From contig NW_003314297.1 of assembly GCF_000143415.4 (NCBI RefSeq), positions 434,001 through 498,000 on the forward strand: a stretch of 64,000 nucleotides of DNA, read 5' to 3'. Each line of letters opens with the position of its first letter. Positions within the stretch are counted from its first letter, which is position 1. Position numbers and translations under genes: made by a program. Below the pieces are notes generated by a model. It searched no databases and was not told the origin of the DNA. It worked only from the letters and a program-made list of their open reading frames with translations. Origin of the DNA: Selaginella moellendorffii (Eukaryota > Plantae > Lycopodiophyta). Positions 63,037 through 64,000 of this stretch are shown here, in pieces.

Positions 63037-63205
63037 ACATTCAACAATTTAATCATTCATTTCGTGTTGTCTAAGAAAGTATGCCTAAGAACAAAAATAA
63101 TGTTTTAACTCCTACCACCTTTTTTGTTTTTTTAGTCGCGCTGCTTGATCTTTAATCTGCTGAATTCGCATTGGTTGTCGATGAGCTTTGGCTTGGAAGT
63201 GTTGG

Positions 63206-64000
63206 CTAAGCCACCCTGAGTTTCTTCACAGCTGGATGGCTAGAGTGTTGTTGTGGAGTGAATCTCTTCCTTCCACAACAAGTTGTGATATTGGCAGGAG
63301 TAGCCCGTGTGGTGCTACAGTTCTCTAGAATCCAAGGATGATTGATCACTCGATCTAGTGTCAATCGCTTCCTGGGATCCAAATCCAGCATGCCCATGAT
63401 CAGATTCTTCGCCTCTGGCGACAGATTGGCAGGCCACTGGAACTCCCCCTCGCGCAGCAAATGCATCTCCAGGTTCGATCGCTTGTAGCCCTTGAGGAGT
63501 TCGTATGCGATCACTCCAAGCCCCCAAACATCCACCGCCTTGGTGTAAGACAGCCCATATCTCTCGACAAAGATAAGCTCGGGAGCCATGTACTTCTCAG
63601 TCCCGCAGCTCTGGCTCATCTCTCTGGCATCGTCGGTCGCCACTCCAAAGTCCCCAATCACTGGCCTGATCGTGCTTGCATCTTGCAGCTCGGTGAAAAC
63701 GTTCTCCAGCTTGAGATCGCGATGGACAACACCACTCGAGTGGACGCCCTGGAGTGTCTCCGCCAGCTTCTTAACGATCTCGGCTACCTCCTCCTCGCTC
63801 AGTGGCCCTTTCATCGCTAGATCGCGCAGGCTATGGCCACAAAGTTCCATGACCATCGTTCCAAAGCAACGCCCGCCAACCTTCCTCTCCCTCCTCAGCT
63901 CCCGGAGGAAGACAACTCCAGGAATGGGGCGAAGCTTGTCCAAGATCCTTGTCTCCCTCTCGGCACAACTCTCCGACTTAAACATCTTTCCTGCGTACCT
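63206..64000 (-). CDS. Ser/Thr protein kinase (CAMK-like), intronless in this window, 5' end outside it
   Basis: YAGK (subdomain II), HRDLKLEN, DFG, CGT..YMAPE, DVWGLG, HPW. Confidence 0.9.
   Translation of the reverse strand, partial: RYAGKMFKSESCAERETRILDKLRPIPGVVFLRELRRERKVGGRCFGTMVMELCGHSLRDLAMKGPLSEEEVAEIVKKLAETLQGVHSSGVVHRDLKLENVFTELQDASTIRPVIGDFGVATDDAREMSQSCGTEKYMAPELIFVERYGLSYTKAVDVWGLGVIAYELLKGYKRSNLEMHLLREGEFQWPANLSPEAKNLIMGMLDLDPRKRLTLDRVINHPWILENCSTTRATPANITTCCGRKRFTPQQHSSHPAVKKLRVA

Overview
Eukaryotic land-plant nuclear DNA. Very short 45-60 bp GT-AG introns and dense genes suggest a small-genome non-seed plant such as Selaginella (inference). The window has two halves. (i) ~1-43.9 kb is nested, mostly decayed mobile DNA: Ty3/gypsy remnants and LTRs, a full Cassandra (5S-carrying) TRIM, a second TRIM, a 400-bp foldback, three remnants of one Mutator-like (MULE) DDE transposase family and two hairpin tandem arrays. 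It also holds intron-containing genes with a ParB/Srx-like domain: two copies of a ParB-like + beta-class N4/N6 DNA-methyltransferase-fold gene (16330-19757 and 25339-28440, minus strand) and one ParB-like + acidic + FCP1/NIF HAD-phosphatase gene (2164-8203, plus strand). Most introns in the first two-thirds of the latter carry a copy of the 20-bp palindrome TGGCATGAGGCCTCATGCCA. (ii) 43.9-64 kb is a compact gene block: VPS15, an F-box gene, a decayed tandem duplication, a DUF21/CBS gene, DWF1, a TOM1-like VHS-GAT gene, an FMP32/CCDC90-like gene and a partial Ser/Thr kinase. The best candidate for an undescribed system is a transposon-borne set of ParB-domain effectors (methyltransferase or phosphatase modules) with cognate palindromic cis-motifs. 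All domain calls are by eye from motifs, and no searches were run.
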